Counted from the first letter of the stretch, positions 54,057 to 64,000 are shown. The stretch: DNA of 64,000 bases from Thermoproteota archaeon (GCA_029258925.1 JAPDJV010000009.1:3256-67255); one strand, 5' to 3'. Program-made: numbers and translations. Notes: generated from the letters alone by a model not told the origin.

Positions 54057-54440
54057 ATGGTACTAGGAGACAGAAGGGTGATATCTGTGATGTCTGAAAG
54101 TAGCGTGGGGCGTTCAATAAAAGTTGACGAAAGTCTCGACCTAAACATCCACACAGACTTCTGGAATCCTTTAGTGAAGAGAAGAGAGCTAACCATAATA
54201 GCTACTCATATTGGAAGAGGGACACCTTCTAGGAGAGAAATTAGGGAGGCTATTTCCAGAGCTTTCAACATAGATCAAAGACTTATTGTTATCAGATCTC
54301 TGCAAACAGAATTTGGAATAGGCAGGTCTAGAATAGAAGTGCACATATACAATGATTACGAGAGACTTAAGATGTACGAACCAGAGTATATCTTGAGGAG
54401 GCACGAAGAGAAAAAGAAGGAGGAAGGTGGAGGCGAATGA
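54057..54440 (+). CDS. rps24e: 30S ribosomal protein eS24
   Basis: [16 protein letters not shown]; start may be downstream. Confidence 0.94.
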   Translation: MVLGDRRVISVMSESSVGRSIKVDESLDLNIHTDFWNPLVKRRELTIIATHIGRGTPSRREIREAISRAFNIDQRLIVIRSLQTEFGIGRSRIEVHIYNDYERLKMYEPEYILRRHEEKKKEEGGGE

Positions 54441-54442
54441 TT

Positions 54443-54604
54443 ATGGCTCATGTCCATAAGCTATACGAGTATGATTATGAGAAGGGATATATTAAACTCA
54501 AGAATAAGAAATGTCCAAGATGCGGTAGTGCAATGGCCCATCACAAAGTACCCGTTGAAAGATGGCATTGTGGTAAATGTGGTTACACGGAGTTCATTAA
54601 GTAA
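54443..54604 (+). CDS. rps27ae: 30S ribosomal protein eS31/S27ae (not in the ORF track)
   Basis: Manual translation [11 protein letters not shown]...[13 protein letters not shown]...[12 protein letters not shown]. Confidence 0.95.
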   Translation: MAHVHKLYEYDYEKGYIKLKNKKCPRCGSAMAHHKVPVERWHCGKCGYTEFIK

Positions 54605-54664
54605 TTGTTTTAAGATCGCTGTTCTGTCAGACGACGATCTTATAACTCTAGAGAATTCTATAGT

Positions 54665-55702
54665 ATGTTTGAAGAGGAGAAGAGAGGCTTGGAGAAAGAG
54701 ATCATAGTTCTAGGAATAGAGTCCACTGCTCATACATTTGGTTGCGGCATTGCATCCTCTAAAAATAAGATATTGACTAACGTTAAATCAGTCTATAAAC
54801 CTCAAAGGGGAGGAATACATCCCAGAGAAGCTTCCCAACATCACCAGAAAGTTGCTCCCTTTATTGTTAAACGTGCCCTAGATAATGTGGGAATGGATAT
54901 CAGGGAAATCGATGCTGTAGCCGTGGCTTTAGGCCCTGGACTAGGCCCTTGTTTAAGAGTTGGTGCCACCGTAGCCAGGGCCATATCTGTTCATTATAAT
55001 AAGCCCCTTATTCCAGTAAATCATTGCGTTGCACATATAGAAATAGGGAGAGCTATTACGGGTCTCGTGGATCCACTTGTAGTCTATGTGTCAGGAGGCA
55101 ACACTATTATATCAGCATTCGCGGGGGGAAGATATAGAGTTTTCGGCGAAACACTGGATATAGCACTCGGTAACTGCCTAGACACATTCGCGAGGGAAAC
55201 AGGAATTGCACCCCCGTATATTGTTGAGGGATACCATGTAGTGGATTACTGGGCTGAAAGGGGCAAGGAGATTATAGACTTGCCCTACGTAGTTAAGGGG
55301 CAGGATGTATCATACTCTGGGCTACTCACAGCAGCTTTAAGATTATACTCCGAGGATCCTAAGAAGCTCCCTGATATATGTCTAAGCTTCAGGGAACACG
55401 CTTACAATATGATAGTTGAAGTGGCTGAGAGAGCTTTAGCCCATACGGGTAAAAGAGAGCTCTTATTAACCGGAGGCGTAGCTGCAAGCCCTGTACTCAG
55501 AGAAAAGTTAAAGATAATGTGTGCAGACCATAACGCCACGTTTAGGAGTGTACCCTTGGAGTATGCTGGAGATAATGGTGCAATGATAGCGTGGACTGGG
55601 TTATTGACGTACTTAAACGGTGTAGTGATTCCCGTAGAGAAATCTTTCATTAAACAAAGGTGGAGACTGGACGAGGTGGATATTCCATGGCGGAAACAAT
55701 GA
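54665..55702 (+). CDS. kae1: KEOPS subunit Kae1 (t6A synthase)
   Basis: [34 protein letters not shown]. Confidence 0.97.
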   Translation: MFEEEKRGLEKEIIVLGIESTAHTFGCGIASSKNKILTNVKSVYKPQRGGIHPREASQHHQKVAPFIVKRALDNVGMDIREIDAVAVALGPGLGPCLRVGATVARAISVHYNKPLIPVNHCVAHIEIGRAITGLVDPLVVYVSGGNTIISAFAGGRYRVFGETLDIALGNCLDTFARETGIAPPYIVEGYHVVDYWAERGKEIIDLPYVVKGQDVSYSGLLTAALRLYSEDPKKLPDICLSFREHAYNMIVEVAERALAHTGKRELLLTGGVAASPVLREKLKIMCADHNATFRSVPLEYAGDNGAMIAWTGLLTYLNGVVIPVEKSFIKQRWRLDEVDIPWRKQ

Positions 55703-56346
55703 AGTTGCTAAGTAAGGGAGCTGAAGCGCATCTTTACCTTGGGGAGTTCCTGGGATACAGGGCTGTATTTAAGAGAAGAATTAGGAAGCCATATAGAGAC
55801 TCCAAATTCGACCGGAAGATAAGGATTAAGAGAACGCTGAACGAAGCCAGATTACTCAACGCTGCTGCTATGGCTGGGATAAATGTTCCAGCATTATTCG
55901 ATATAAACTTGAACACAACTACTATAGTATTAGAGTTCATTGATGGGATCCTCTTAAAAGACTATATAATGAATGCGGGAACTGAGAATTCTCTCAGGAT
56001 ACTCTATGAAGTAGGTTTAATCGTGGGCAGGCTTCATAGGAGCGGAATCATTCACGGTGATCTAACTACATCAAACATGATATTGTCTTCAAGTAGTGGT
56101 AGAATATACTTAATTGATTTCGGCCTCGGAGAGAAATCTTGGGAGTTGGAGAATAGGGGTGTAGATCTACACCTATTGCTTAGAGCACTAGAAAGCACAC
56201 ATTATGATATAGCTGAAATGGGTTTTAAGGAAGTTTTAAGGGGATACAGCGATGTGATGGGTATTAATGAAGCCCTGAAAGTGAGATCTAAGATTGATGA
56301 AATAAGGTCTAGAGGTAGATATGTTGTTAAAAGAATCAGGCATTGA
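55687..56346 (+). CDS. bud32: KEOPS kinase Bud32
   Basis: [22 protein letters not shown]. Confidence 0.95.
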   Translation: MAETMKLLSKGAEAHLYLGEFLGYRAVFKRRIRKPYRDSKFDRKIRIKRTLNEARLLNAAAMAGINVPALFDINLNTTTIVLEFIDGILLKDYIMNAGTENSLRILYEVGLIVGRLHRSGIIHGDLTTSNMILSSSSGRIYLIDFGLGEKSWELENRGVDLHLLLRALESTHYDIAEMGFKEVLRGYSDVMGINEALKVRSKIDEIRSRGRYVVKRIRH

Positions 56347-56920
56347 AATATGCTTTGTTAGCAGGAATAAGAGAAAGTTTATTGAAGCAAGGGAACTCCT
56401 AAAGGATTACAATATAAATCTAGTTATGACACCTCTAGATGTTAAACTGGAGCTACAGTCAGAAAACTTGGAGGAGATAGCTCTTTACGCAGCCATCTTA
56501 GCTAGAACCATACTTAGAAGAGCCGTAGTGGTCGAAGATACTGGTCTTTATATAAATGCTTTAAAGGGATTTCCAGGTCCATACTCCAGCTATGTATATA
56601 GGACTATAGGCTTGAAAGGTATATTGAAACTCATGGAGGGAGAGCAGGATAGGAGAGCATATTTCAAATCAGTTGTTGTATTGGTCTACAAGAACATTGT
56701 TAAGTGTTTTACAGGAACGTGCTTTGGTAGTATTTCTTACTATATCCGGGGGGTAGGAGGCTTCGGCTTCGACCCCATATTCGTGCCCATGGGAGAGAAA
56801 AGAACGTTTGCTGAAATGAGCATAGAGGAGAAAAACCTGTACTCCCATAGGGGGATAGCTTTCAGGATGTTAGGGGAATGGGTAAGTAAAAATATCAATT
56901 TATTCTATGATAAGACTTAA
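56321..56920 (+). CDS. rdgB: dITP/XTP pyrophosphatase (HAM1)
   Basis: EDTGL, FPGPYS, GFGFDPIF, SHRG. Confidence 0.94.
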   Translation: MLLKESGIEICFVSRNKRKFIEARELLKDYNINLVMTPLDVKLELQSENLEEIALYAAILARTILRRAVVVEDTGLYINALKGFPGPYSSYVYRTIGLKGILKLMEGEQDRRAYFKSVVVLVYKNIVKCFTGTCFGSISYYIRGVGGFGFDPIFVPMGEKRTFAEMSIEEKNLYSHRGIAFRMLGEWVSKNINLFYDKT

Positions 56921-56959
56921 AAAGTCCTCTCCAGACTAAGAAGTAGTGCTAGTGGGAAG

Positions 56960-57430
56960 GTGAGTGAAGTGAATAAGAAGAGGGATAAGGGCAAATCACA
57001 CTCGATAAGACCTGTAAGAACAGGGCCACCCAGATGGCTGAGATTTGAACCAGAGGATATTGAAGCACTAATTGTAGAATTGGCGAGGAAAGGATACGGG
57101 CCGTCTATGATAGGTGTAATTTTAAGAGATCAATACGGTATTCCCCTAGTGAAGCCTGTACTTGGAAAGAAGATAACCCAAGTCCTCGAAGAGCATGGAC
57201 TAGTGGAGGAAATACCTGAGGATTTGATGAACCTTCTTAAGAGAGCCGTTAATTTGAGAAGACACTTGGAAGAACACCCTAAAGATCTTCACTCGAGAAG
57301 AGGGCTTCAGGAAGTTGAATCGAAAATTAGGAGATTAGTGAAATACTATAAGCGTGTCGGAAAGCTTCCACCTGATTGGAAGTATGATCCTAAGAGAGCT
57401 AGATTGCTTGTCTCATCATCACTATATTGA
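56960..57430 (+). CDS. rps15p: 30S ribosomal protein uS15
   Basis: [27 protein letters not shown]. Confidence 0.96.
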   Translation: MSEVNKKRDKGKSHSIRPVRTGPPRWLRFEPEDIEALIVELARKGYGPSMIGVILRDQYGIPLVKPVLGKKITQVLEEHGLVEEIPEDLMNLLKRAVNLRRHLEEHPKDLHSRRGLQEVESKIRRLVKYYKRVGKLPPDWKYDPKRARLLVSSSLY

Positions 57431-57583
57431 ATTCTTAAGAATATTCCTTGCTCTATCTTTATCAAACCGACTCTACTATTGGGAGTAGCTAATATCCTCT
57501 GAGGACTAAGTTAGAGGAATTTACTATCATAAACATTAAAAAGAAATTTAGCAACTTCTAAATCAGTATGGAGGAACACTGTT

Positions 57584-58855
57584 ATGAAGACATTATTGGA
57601 ATCTGTTTCACCTGCCAAGGAGCGAGAATACGAGGCAAAATGCAAGAAGTTTTCCGAAGATTTAGCTCATTATGGGAGCGTGAACATAGTTTGTTTTCCC
57701 AGTTATGAAGCTACTCTTGCAACTAGTATAGTGATATATGTATTGGAAGAAAATAACATACCATTTACCTTGACGGTGACACCTATCTATACTTATGAGG
57801 AATATGTTAATAGTGCAGTGAACATCATCATAGGATGTCCCGTAGTTGAGACCGATCTTAAAAAAGTCCTCTATATAATAGCATCCAATTTAACTAACGT
57901 TCCCCCTAAACCCGGTTTAACAGTGTTCACAGGCATAACAGATCATGATAGTCTACCCTCTATCGCAATGAAAGTGTTGTCTGAGCTATGGATAATTGAG
58001 GACTCTATGCTGACAATACCCTCACTTCTATTTATAGAGAGAATAGAGGAAGATGTTGCAGGCTTCGACGCAGAGATACTTGCTGAAGCAGAGAGAAGGG
58101 GAGTCTTGGAGGGAAAGACCAGCCTAAAATTCTTCTTTTCAGAAAGTCTTCCGGCATATGTTTCTCTATCAAAAACAGTTAGACCATATATTCCAGGTAT
58201 AACGGGGAATGAGAAGAGAGCAATAGAGTTCCTAGAGGATCTAGGAATACACAACTACTCGGATACATTAATTCAGCTCAGCGAGCGGGATCTGTCAGAC
58301 ATAGCTAAAACAATCTACCTAATTCTGAAAGACAAGAGTTTGAGAAGGAGAGGGGTAAATGAAATAATTGGAAAAGTGTATAGACATAAGGAATCCGTGC
58401 TAGAGTATAGTGGGGCAAGGGAGAAGGGGCTTCTCTACTTGTCTATCTTCGGGCGGTTTGGACCCCATGGTCTGGCATACTCCTTTCTATCAAAATATTA
58501 TATCGGAAAAGTACTGGATTTAACGGCTAAAGTGGATAAGATATTGTCAGATATTGTAGAGAAGATATTAGAAAGCGAGATGAGTGAGAAGGAGGGGGTC
58601 TTAGTTGTAGAGGTGGAGGATGAAAGCATTATACCTATTCTGCACATTACTCTAAGAGAGCTAGGCTTGTTGAAAAATGGAATAATTGTTGCATATAGTT
58701 CTGCTCAGGGAATAATTGTACCATATTTCTGCATCCTAGAGGCACTAGACGTAGAGAAGTATACTAAATGTGTTTTGAAAGCGGAAAAATTTTGGAGGGA
58801 ATGGTATCTAGTATTTAATAACGTAAAAGAATTGAAAAAGGTATTATACCAATGA
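57584..58855 (+). CDS. Degenerate DHH/RecJ-like protein (possible inactive Cdc45/GAN homolog)
   Basis: Occupies the rps15-pcc1 slot; PYIPGITGNE..A.EFL..LGI segment typical of this family; no DxD or DHH motifs. Confidence 0.6.
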   Translation: MKTLLESVSPAKEREYEAKCKKFSEDLAHYGSVNIVCFPSYEATLATSIVIYVLEENNIPFTLTVTPIYTYEEYVNSAVNIIIGCPVVETDLKKVLYIIASNLTNVPPKPGLTVFTGITDHDSLPSIAMKVLSELWIIEDSMLTIPSLLFIERIEEDVAGFDAEILAEAERRGVLEGKTSLKFFFSESLPAYVSLSKTVRPYIPGITGNEKRAIEFLEDLGIHNYSDTLIQLSERDLSDIAKTIYLILKDKSLRRRGVNEIIGKVYRHKESVLEYSGAREKGLLYLSIFGRFGPHGLAYSFLSKYYIGKVLDLTAKVDKILSDIVEKILESEMSEKEGVLVVEVEDESIIPILHITLRELGLLKNGIIVAYSSAQGIIVPYFCILEALDVEKYTKCVLKAEKFWREWYLVFNNVKELKKVLYQ

Positions 58856-59142
58856 AAAGATTTGTAGCTAAACTAAGATTGAAGTGTATAGATGCAAAAA
58901 CAGCTAAAACCATATACACTAGCCTTTATCCGGATAACCTGTGTGTCCCAAAGTACATGGTGATCGAGCAATTCTTGTCCGAAAATACCTACGAAATCCA
59001 CTACGTAATTAAAATACATTACGAAAATGGTGAAGAAGAGAGAAAAATAATGTCTTTAAAGAGTACTTTAGACGATATTCTTTCAAGTGTAAGCTTAGTT
59101 GAGAAAACATTGCTTCAATTAGCTGTTAAGGAGAAAGTTTAG
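58852..59142 (+). CDS. pcc1: KEOPS subunit Pcc1
   Basis: IY.SL.PDN, SLKSTLDD. Confidence 0.75.
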   Translation: MKRFVAKLRLKCIDAKTAKTIYTSLYPDNLCVPKYMVIEQFLSENTYEIHYVIKIHYENGEEERKIMSLKSTLDDILSSVSLVEKTLLQLAVKEKV

Positions 59143-59479
59143 TTAAAATGAGAAAACGCCGAAAACAACCTCTTTAGACAAAAAGCCCAATGAGGCTGTT
59201 AAATATTTGGCGAGTGTTGGTGCAGTCTAATGAGTGAAATGAACGATTATACACGATGATAATAATCGAAGTTGCTTGGGGTTAATGTTAAAATCATTCA
59301 AAAACGGATATATGAAAGAATATTAGGTGCATTAAAACAGCCTCCGAGTAATGCATGTTGATTAAGTAATTAGGGCACTCCACAAAATACTTAGCAAAAA
59401 TATTAAAATACAGTAGTTCTTATTCTCCTAGAAGATTAGGTTTAAAAACATTTTGAAAAGAAGTAACAAAAATGTTTGA

Positions 59480-59716
59480 TTATTTTGCCTTCGTCTTAAA
59501 TACTAGTATTGCTGCAACGACGGCAACCGTAGTAGCTATTAGTGCTATTATGGGTTGAAACGCGCTAGCTACTCCACCGACGTTGAGAACTCCTCCTATG
59601 ACTGTGTAATATGTTGGAGGTATCAGATCCGGCTGAGCAACTACTGGTATGAGCGGTATTAATGCTAATGAAGCCACCACTATGGCGATCATCGCGAGAA
59701 CTTCCTTTCTTCTCAT
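59480..59716 (-). CDS. Small protein: signal peptide + short linker + C-terminal TM helix and basic tail
   Basis: ATG 59716 with GAGGGGTG RBS; MRRKEVLAMIAIVVASLALIPLIPVVA|QP...AILVFKTKAK. Confidence 0.7.
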   Translation of the reverse strand: MRRKEVLAMIAIVVASLALIPLIPVVAQPDLIPPTYYTVIGGVLNVGGVASAFQPIIALIATTVAVVAAILVFKTKAK

Positions 59717-59791
59717 CTGAATAAAACACCCCTCTTCTCTTAAATTTATATATTCCAAGTATATAAACTCTATGCCAAAAGGGGGAGCTAA

Positions 59792-61516
59792 ATGCTTAGA
59801 AGGATCGAATTTAAATACGTCTTAATGTCAGCAATAATAATACTCACACTCCACTTCCTCTCAATGGTTCTAGGATTACCTGCCATAATAGTGATTGGCC
59901 GTAAAACATTTGTTTACAACTGTAACGAGCTGGCTTACCTAACTTATACTCAGCTAACTGTCTTGGGCAATGTATTAATTATTGCAGCTATGAACCTTAT
60001 TGAAAGAGACAGGTTATCTTCGATAATGCTTCTAGCATACTCCATTCTTCTATATTTCTACTTGGGGGAGCCTGAAACAATAGCGTTAACAACGTTAACG
60101 TTGAACATTATCATAATCTTCATATATGTTAATAAATGGGGTGTAAGATTATTCAAGGAATGTCTAGTATATTTAATATTTGAATTAGTATTATTGGAAT
60201 CCATAGTGTTCGTTACATTAATCTACTCTGCTTTCTCCACTCAATACCTTTCTCTAATTCTACTAGTCTTCGAGAAAAGTATTTACGCGTTGCTCACAGC
60301 ATTACTCCCATTTACGATTATAATGTTATTCCTCAAGTGGATCCCAGAAGTCGTTTCTGCATGGAGGAAGAAGCGCTCTAGGAATATTAGGGGGGAAACT
60401 ATTCTATCTGGATTCAACGCGCTTTTAGCTTCACTGATCATAGCAGAACTACTAATAGTATTACCTTACCTCGCAAATCTGGGAAACCCTATCCCATCAG
60501 TATCCGAGGACACGAAAATCTATGTTCATAGTATAAGCCTAATAGAGGATAAAGGATTTTCCTACTTATTTAAGGGATGGCTTGATCCATCGTTATGGGG
60601 TAAAAGAGAATATTGGGGTGCTCAAAAACCACTTCACATACTCTTCCTTTACATAGTACACAAGTACCTTGGGGTAGACTCTCTTATACTAGTTGATTAT
60701 CTTCACCACGTGATTTTCATCGCAATAATAATTTACCTTATCAGGGAGATCTCAAGGGATTTATTAAGTAGTGAAGTAGGTGATCTAGCATCCTTGCTTA
60801 TTGCATCAGGCTCCATTACTGCAGCATTTAGAGTAGGTGGTTTTCAAGCAAATGAAATGTGCTTAGCTGTACTCCTAGGATACTTCATGATGCTTATTAG
60901 AGTTAACAATATTAGAAACATTTTGATCAGCATATTACTAGGAGTATTATCGTGGTTCATCCATCCATGGTCTGCCACGTTTTTCGTTCTATCGAGTATC
61001 CCATTCACCATTATAATGTATAATATGGAGAAGGATAGACTTAAGTTCTTGAGGAGGATTTTAATAATTCTCCCAGTCCTAGTTACTCCAATAATATCAA
61101 TAATTTACTTTGTAGGACTAAATCGAGCCTCATATGTAATCACCGCGTTTCTAACTAGAGCAATCGGATCTGAAGCTTTGCCTTCAAATATAGTGGATCT
61201 ATGGAGCTTTATGCTGGAGTCTTCGACTATAGCAACTCTCCACTATTGCTGGTCAAGCATGAATATGCCCTTCATCTACATACCACCATTACTGACATCA
61301 TATGATCCTCTAACATTGGCATTAATATCAACGGGTTCAATTCCAGCTTTAATCTCTGGAGCTGCAATATGCTTTCGAATTCTCCTACTAATACCCATAG
61401 AGATCACTGCTGCATCACTCTATATTAGAACAAATAAGCTAGTTCAATTATTAGCAATATTGTCATCGTTAAACATGTCTCTCCAAGTAATAATAAATTC
61501 CACTATAATAACATGA
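59792..61516 (+). CDS. Polytopic membrane protein, possible GT-C-type glycosyltransferase
   Basis: More than 12 hydrophobic segments, loop motif SVSEDTKIY, HPWS; TATA about 24 nt upstream (leaderless). Confidence 0.55.
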   Translation: MLRRIEFKYVLMSAIIILTLHFLSMVLGLPAIIVIGRKTFVYNCNELAYLTYTQLTVLGNVLIIAAMNLIERDRLSSIMLLAYSILLYFYLGEPETIALTTLTLNIIIIFIYVNKWGVRLFKECLVYLIFELVLLESIVFVTLIYSAFSTQYLSLILLVFEKSIYALLTALLPFTIIMLFLKWIPEVVSAWRKKRSRNIRGETILSGFNALLASLIIAELLIVLPYLANLGNPIPSVSEDTKIYVHSISLIEDKGFSYLFKGWLDPSLWGKREYWGAQKPLHILFLYIVHKYLGVDSLILVDYLHHVIFIAIIIYLIREISRDLLSSEVGDLASLLIASGSITAAFRVGGFQANEMCLAVLLGYFMMLIRVNNIRNILISILLGVLSWFIHPWSATFFVLSSIPFTIIMYNMEKDRLKFLRRILIILPVLVTPIISIIYFVGLNRASYVITAFLTRAIGSEALPSNIVDLWSFMLESSTIATLHYCWSSMNMPFIYIPPLLTSYDPLTLALISTGSIPALISGAAICFRILLLIPIEITAASLYIRTNKLVQLLAILSSLNMSLQVIINSTIIT

Positions 61517-61625
61517 GTTTTAAAAATACGAATTACTTGAATGAAGTTGGTGCTAGGAAGAGCTGAAAATCAATAATTCTAGGGATAAAGCACTTCCAAG
61601 AGATTTCTGAAGCTTTAAATTGGAA

Positions 61626-63098
61626 TCACTTTAGTTGCCTCTTACTCCTAGAAGACTTTAACAGCCTGCCTCTTCTTGCTATTAACATCCTATTTGCTTG
61701 ACGGGCAAATGCATCATTTAAGCTCGTATATGGAAGTCTGCTTCGGCCAACAAAATACTTAGGCTTCTTGAACCCTAGACGAGATAGTATGGAAGGAGTT
61801 ACATTTAAGAGGCTGATGCATCCCAAATATTTTGATCCAGCTTTTTTCTCCGGCGAGAGCCAAGCAAATATTCCATTCATGCTGTGAATATAGTATTTGG
61901 GTATTCTTGAAACAATTTTTGGAATTATTATACTTTCTAAAGCCCCGTAACCCTCCTTTAATTCTATGAGAAGATCGTGACAATAATTCCTGCAAATAGG
62001 ATAAATATCCTTAACTTTTCTAATACGTTTAATGGCTTTAGCTATAGTGTTCTCCCTGGCAATGGCATTCTTCACAATATCTGCCATTCTGTTATTAGCA
62101 ACTTTCACGTAAATGAATCTAGATGTTGGACCATGACAGGCGTAAGCCAAACCTATAATATTCTCACCCATCCTAGGCAACACTCTATGTTTCAAGAATA
62201 CTCGCCTAGTTTTATTGTAGGGAGCTATTGGAGCCATTAAGGTTGCAACTTTACTTAAAACTTCCATCGCAGTCTTCTTTAATCCTCTCCTACCTAGCTC
62301 AACAAGCCATCCCTTCTCCTCAAAGTAGTTATTTAAAAACACTGCCTTGTACGCAACATCGCTTGTTCCATGATCTGATACAAGAACTACTTCATAATTG
62401 TACCTAGCAGACTCTAATATTAAATCCTCTACTATTTCATCCGCTTTCCTATAGACTTTCATCCCTATAGAGATGCTATTAAAAATGTGCCATACGTGGT
62501 CAGTTTCGGGTATAACTGAGAAAACTAGTTTTGACCCACTTTTTAAAACCTCTTTTAAAACTTCCCCTCTTACCTCAATTTTTTTGCAGAGGTCTTTCAG
62601 ACTCCGGCTTCGACTATAAAGCTTTATTACATCAAACTTTTTGAGAAGACTATTCCTAAAATCTCTTGGACTTATACTGTTCTTAACGAGCTTTGCATCA
62701 ACTTCTCTTCCACTGGGATAGGGGGGACCCGAGAAGAATGTTGTTTTAGATGAGAGTTTTTGTACCGGGTGACTCATGGGAATCCAGAGCCATGTAGTTG
62801 GAACGTTCAATTCGTCGAGTATTTCCCATAGTAGAGGATATTCTGAATCATAAATGTTTACGATATTGCCCCTTGTAATATTATAAAAATTCCATATTCC
62901 GTGTTGAGTAGGCCATACCCCTGTAAATATGCTAGTCCACGCTACTGGCGTTGTTGGGGGAATTAGGCTTCTAGCTATCGCATACCAGCCTCTCTCGGTT
63001 ATTTTCTCGATAGTTTTAGGAGTAAACTTCAGTAGCCACTCATAACATGCTCCGTCAAGACCTAAAACCAGAATCTTTGACGCCACTTTGAACACCAT
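61626..63098 (-). CDS. Alkaline phosphatase superfamily (type I phosphodiesterase/nucleotide pyrophosphatase) protein
   Basis: LGLDGA, PPTTPVAWTSIFTG, TDHVWH, VSDHG, HSMNGIF; start reassigned to ATG 63098. Confidence 0.88.
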   Translation of the reverse strand: MVFKVASKILVLGLDGACYEWLLKFTPKTIEKITERGWYAIARSLIPPTTPVAWTSIFTGVWPTQHGIWNFYNITRGNIVNIYDSEYPLLWEILDELNVPTTWLWIPMSHPVQKLSSKTTFFSGPPYPSGREVDAKLVKNSISPRDFRNSLLKKFDVIKLYSRSRSLKDLCKKIEVRGEVLKEVLKSGSKLVFSVIPETDHVWHIFNSISIGMKVYRKADEIVEDLILESARYNYEVVLVSDHGTSDVAYKAVFLNNYFEEKGWLVELGRRGLKKTAMEVLSKVATLMAPIAPYNKTRRVFLKHRVLPRMGENIIGLAYACHGPTSRFIYVKVANNRMADIVKNAIARENTIAKAIKRIRKVKDIYPICRNYCHDLLIELKEGYGALESIIIPKIVSRIPKYYIHSMNGIFAWLSPEKKAGSKYLGCISLLNVTPSILSRLGFKKPKYFVGRSRLPYTSLNDAFARQANRMLIARRGRLLKSSRSKRQLK

Positions 63099-63277
63099 GA
63101 TTTTAATAAATATTAGTCGATCTCCAGATAACTGGATAAAGTAGTCATATATAATAGCATTTGAAAATCTAGCCTCCTGTAAAAAATCATTAGAGAGTCT
63201 ACAATTAATCAAGATAACCTTAATTTGACCCGATGTTGATGTGAGCAGTGTCCCGCTAGTTCTAGGATAATCCTCTC

Positions 63278-63425
63278 GTTCTATCATTTTTAACCGTTCA
63301 CCTAGACCGTGTTCTCATTTATCAAATTATGTCAAATTGTATCGGACACAGTTAGGTTCATCACGGTCTCCGCTGAGCCACCTACGGGAGCCTTTTTAGC
63401 TCCCCTCGGGAACCCAGCGGTAACC
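63278..63425 (-). ncRNA. Predicted structured ncRNA (long hairpin + K-turn domain), candidate TnpB guide scaffold or transposon end
   Basis: BRE/TATA AAAACTTATAAA about 23 nt upstream. Stems CCGCUGGGUU/GGCUCAGCGG, GGGAGCU/GGCUCCC and ACUGUGU/ACACGGU. K-turn ACCGU-GAU-GA-ACCUA / UAGGU-GA-ACGGU. Confidence 0.55.
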
Positions 63426-63476
63426 AGTAGATTTATTAATTTCTAGAGTTTATAAGTTTTCTGGGGATTCCCCTAT

Positions 63477-64000
63477 ATGGGTTATGTAACCTTGTGCCTC
63501 TCATTTAACGTTGGTGGTGATATAGCTAGGAGATTGCTTAGTACTGTTTGGTTGTTCAAGACTGCATCTCATAGGATGCTTAATTTAGCGAAGCAGATGC
63601 CTATACTTCCTGCTACTGATATTGGTTGGAAGAATACGTTCCGTAAGATAATCTATGAGGTTATCCCTAACCGTAGGTATACTGATGGAGTAATAGTATT
63701 GGTTAGAAGTATCTACGAGTCATGCCGTCAGCTAGGTATAGACTTCAAGGAAGTAGAACTAGGGAACTGGCTAATGTTCCAGCAATCCGAGAAGGAGTAT
63801 CCCGTAAGAAACATAACCTTGAAGCAAGACTACGAGTTCCACATAACAACAATAGATTACAATGGTGAAGTTGAAAGAATAGTGGTTAAACCAACAATAC
63901 CTAAAAACTATAGGTTACTACTCAATAAACTCCTTGAAGAGAAACAAAAACATACAGGTAGAGTAGTAGTTAAGGACTATGGTGCTAGGAAGGATAAGTT
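63477..64000 (+). CDS. Probable IS200/IS605/IS607-type TnpB-like protein (N-terminal 174 aa, truncated)
   Basis: Open frame MGYVTLCLSF...YEVIPNRRY...SIYES...VELGNWLMFQ..EKEYP.RNI, resembling N-termini of crenarchaeal TnpB-family proteins. The RuvC motifs would lie beyond the window. Confidence 0.55.
   Translation, partial: MGYVTLCLSFNVGGDIARRLLSTVWLFKTASHRMLNLAKQMPILPATDIGWKNTFRKIIYEVIPNRRYTDGVIVLVRSIYESCRQLGIDFKEVELGNWLMFQQSEKEYPVRNITLKQDYEFHITTIDYNGEVERIVVKPTIPKNYRLLLNKLLEEKQKHTGRVVVKDYGARKDK

Noticed and set aside
54450-54707. 85-aa ORF from the track
   Set aside because: Wrong frame; the real gene is rps27ae at 54443-54604.
63099-63287. N-terminal extension of the phosphodiesterase ORF
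   Set aside because: Family homology starts at KILVLGLDG. The extension contains a TATA-like element and runs into the predicted ncRNA end.

Overview
AT-rich archaeal core-genome segment, most likely Thermoproteota/Thermoprotei. The supporting signs are an unsplit rpoB, split rpoA1/rpoA2, rpsG-tuf-rpsJ without fusA, and a tRNA intron at a non-canonical position. It carries aCPSF1, two proteasome beta subunits, egsA, RNA-processing genes, the RNA polymerase/str cluster (apparently split by an inversion), tRNA-Lys(UUU) with a 30/31 intron and tRNA-Ser(UGA). These are followed by a small iron/oxidative-stress cassette with a frameshifted ferritin-VIT1 gene, the S13-S4-S11-rpoD-L18e-L13-S9-rpoN-S2 operon, isoprenoid genes (with a degenerate kinase in the mevalonate-kinase slot), gltX, L7Ae with a double K-turn leader, an intein-containing aIF5B, and eIF2-gamma/rpoE/KEOPS/S15 genes. 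An accessory region begins at about 59.2 kb. The most intriguing signal is at the right edge: a probable TnpB-like gene (truncated by the window) shares a bidirectional TATA box with a divergently transcribed, highly structured, K-turn-containing RNA of about 150 nt, which could be an unusually placed guide scaffold. All calls come from motif recognition by eye; no searches were run.
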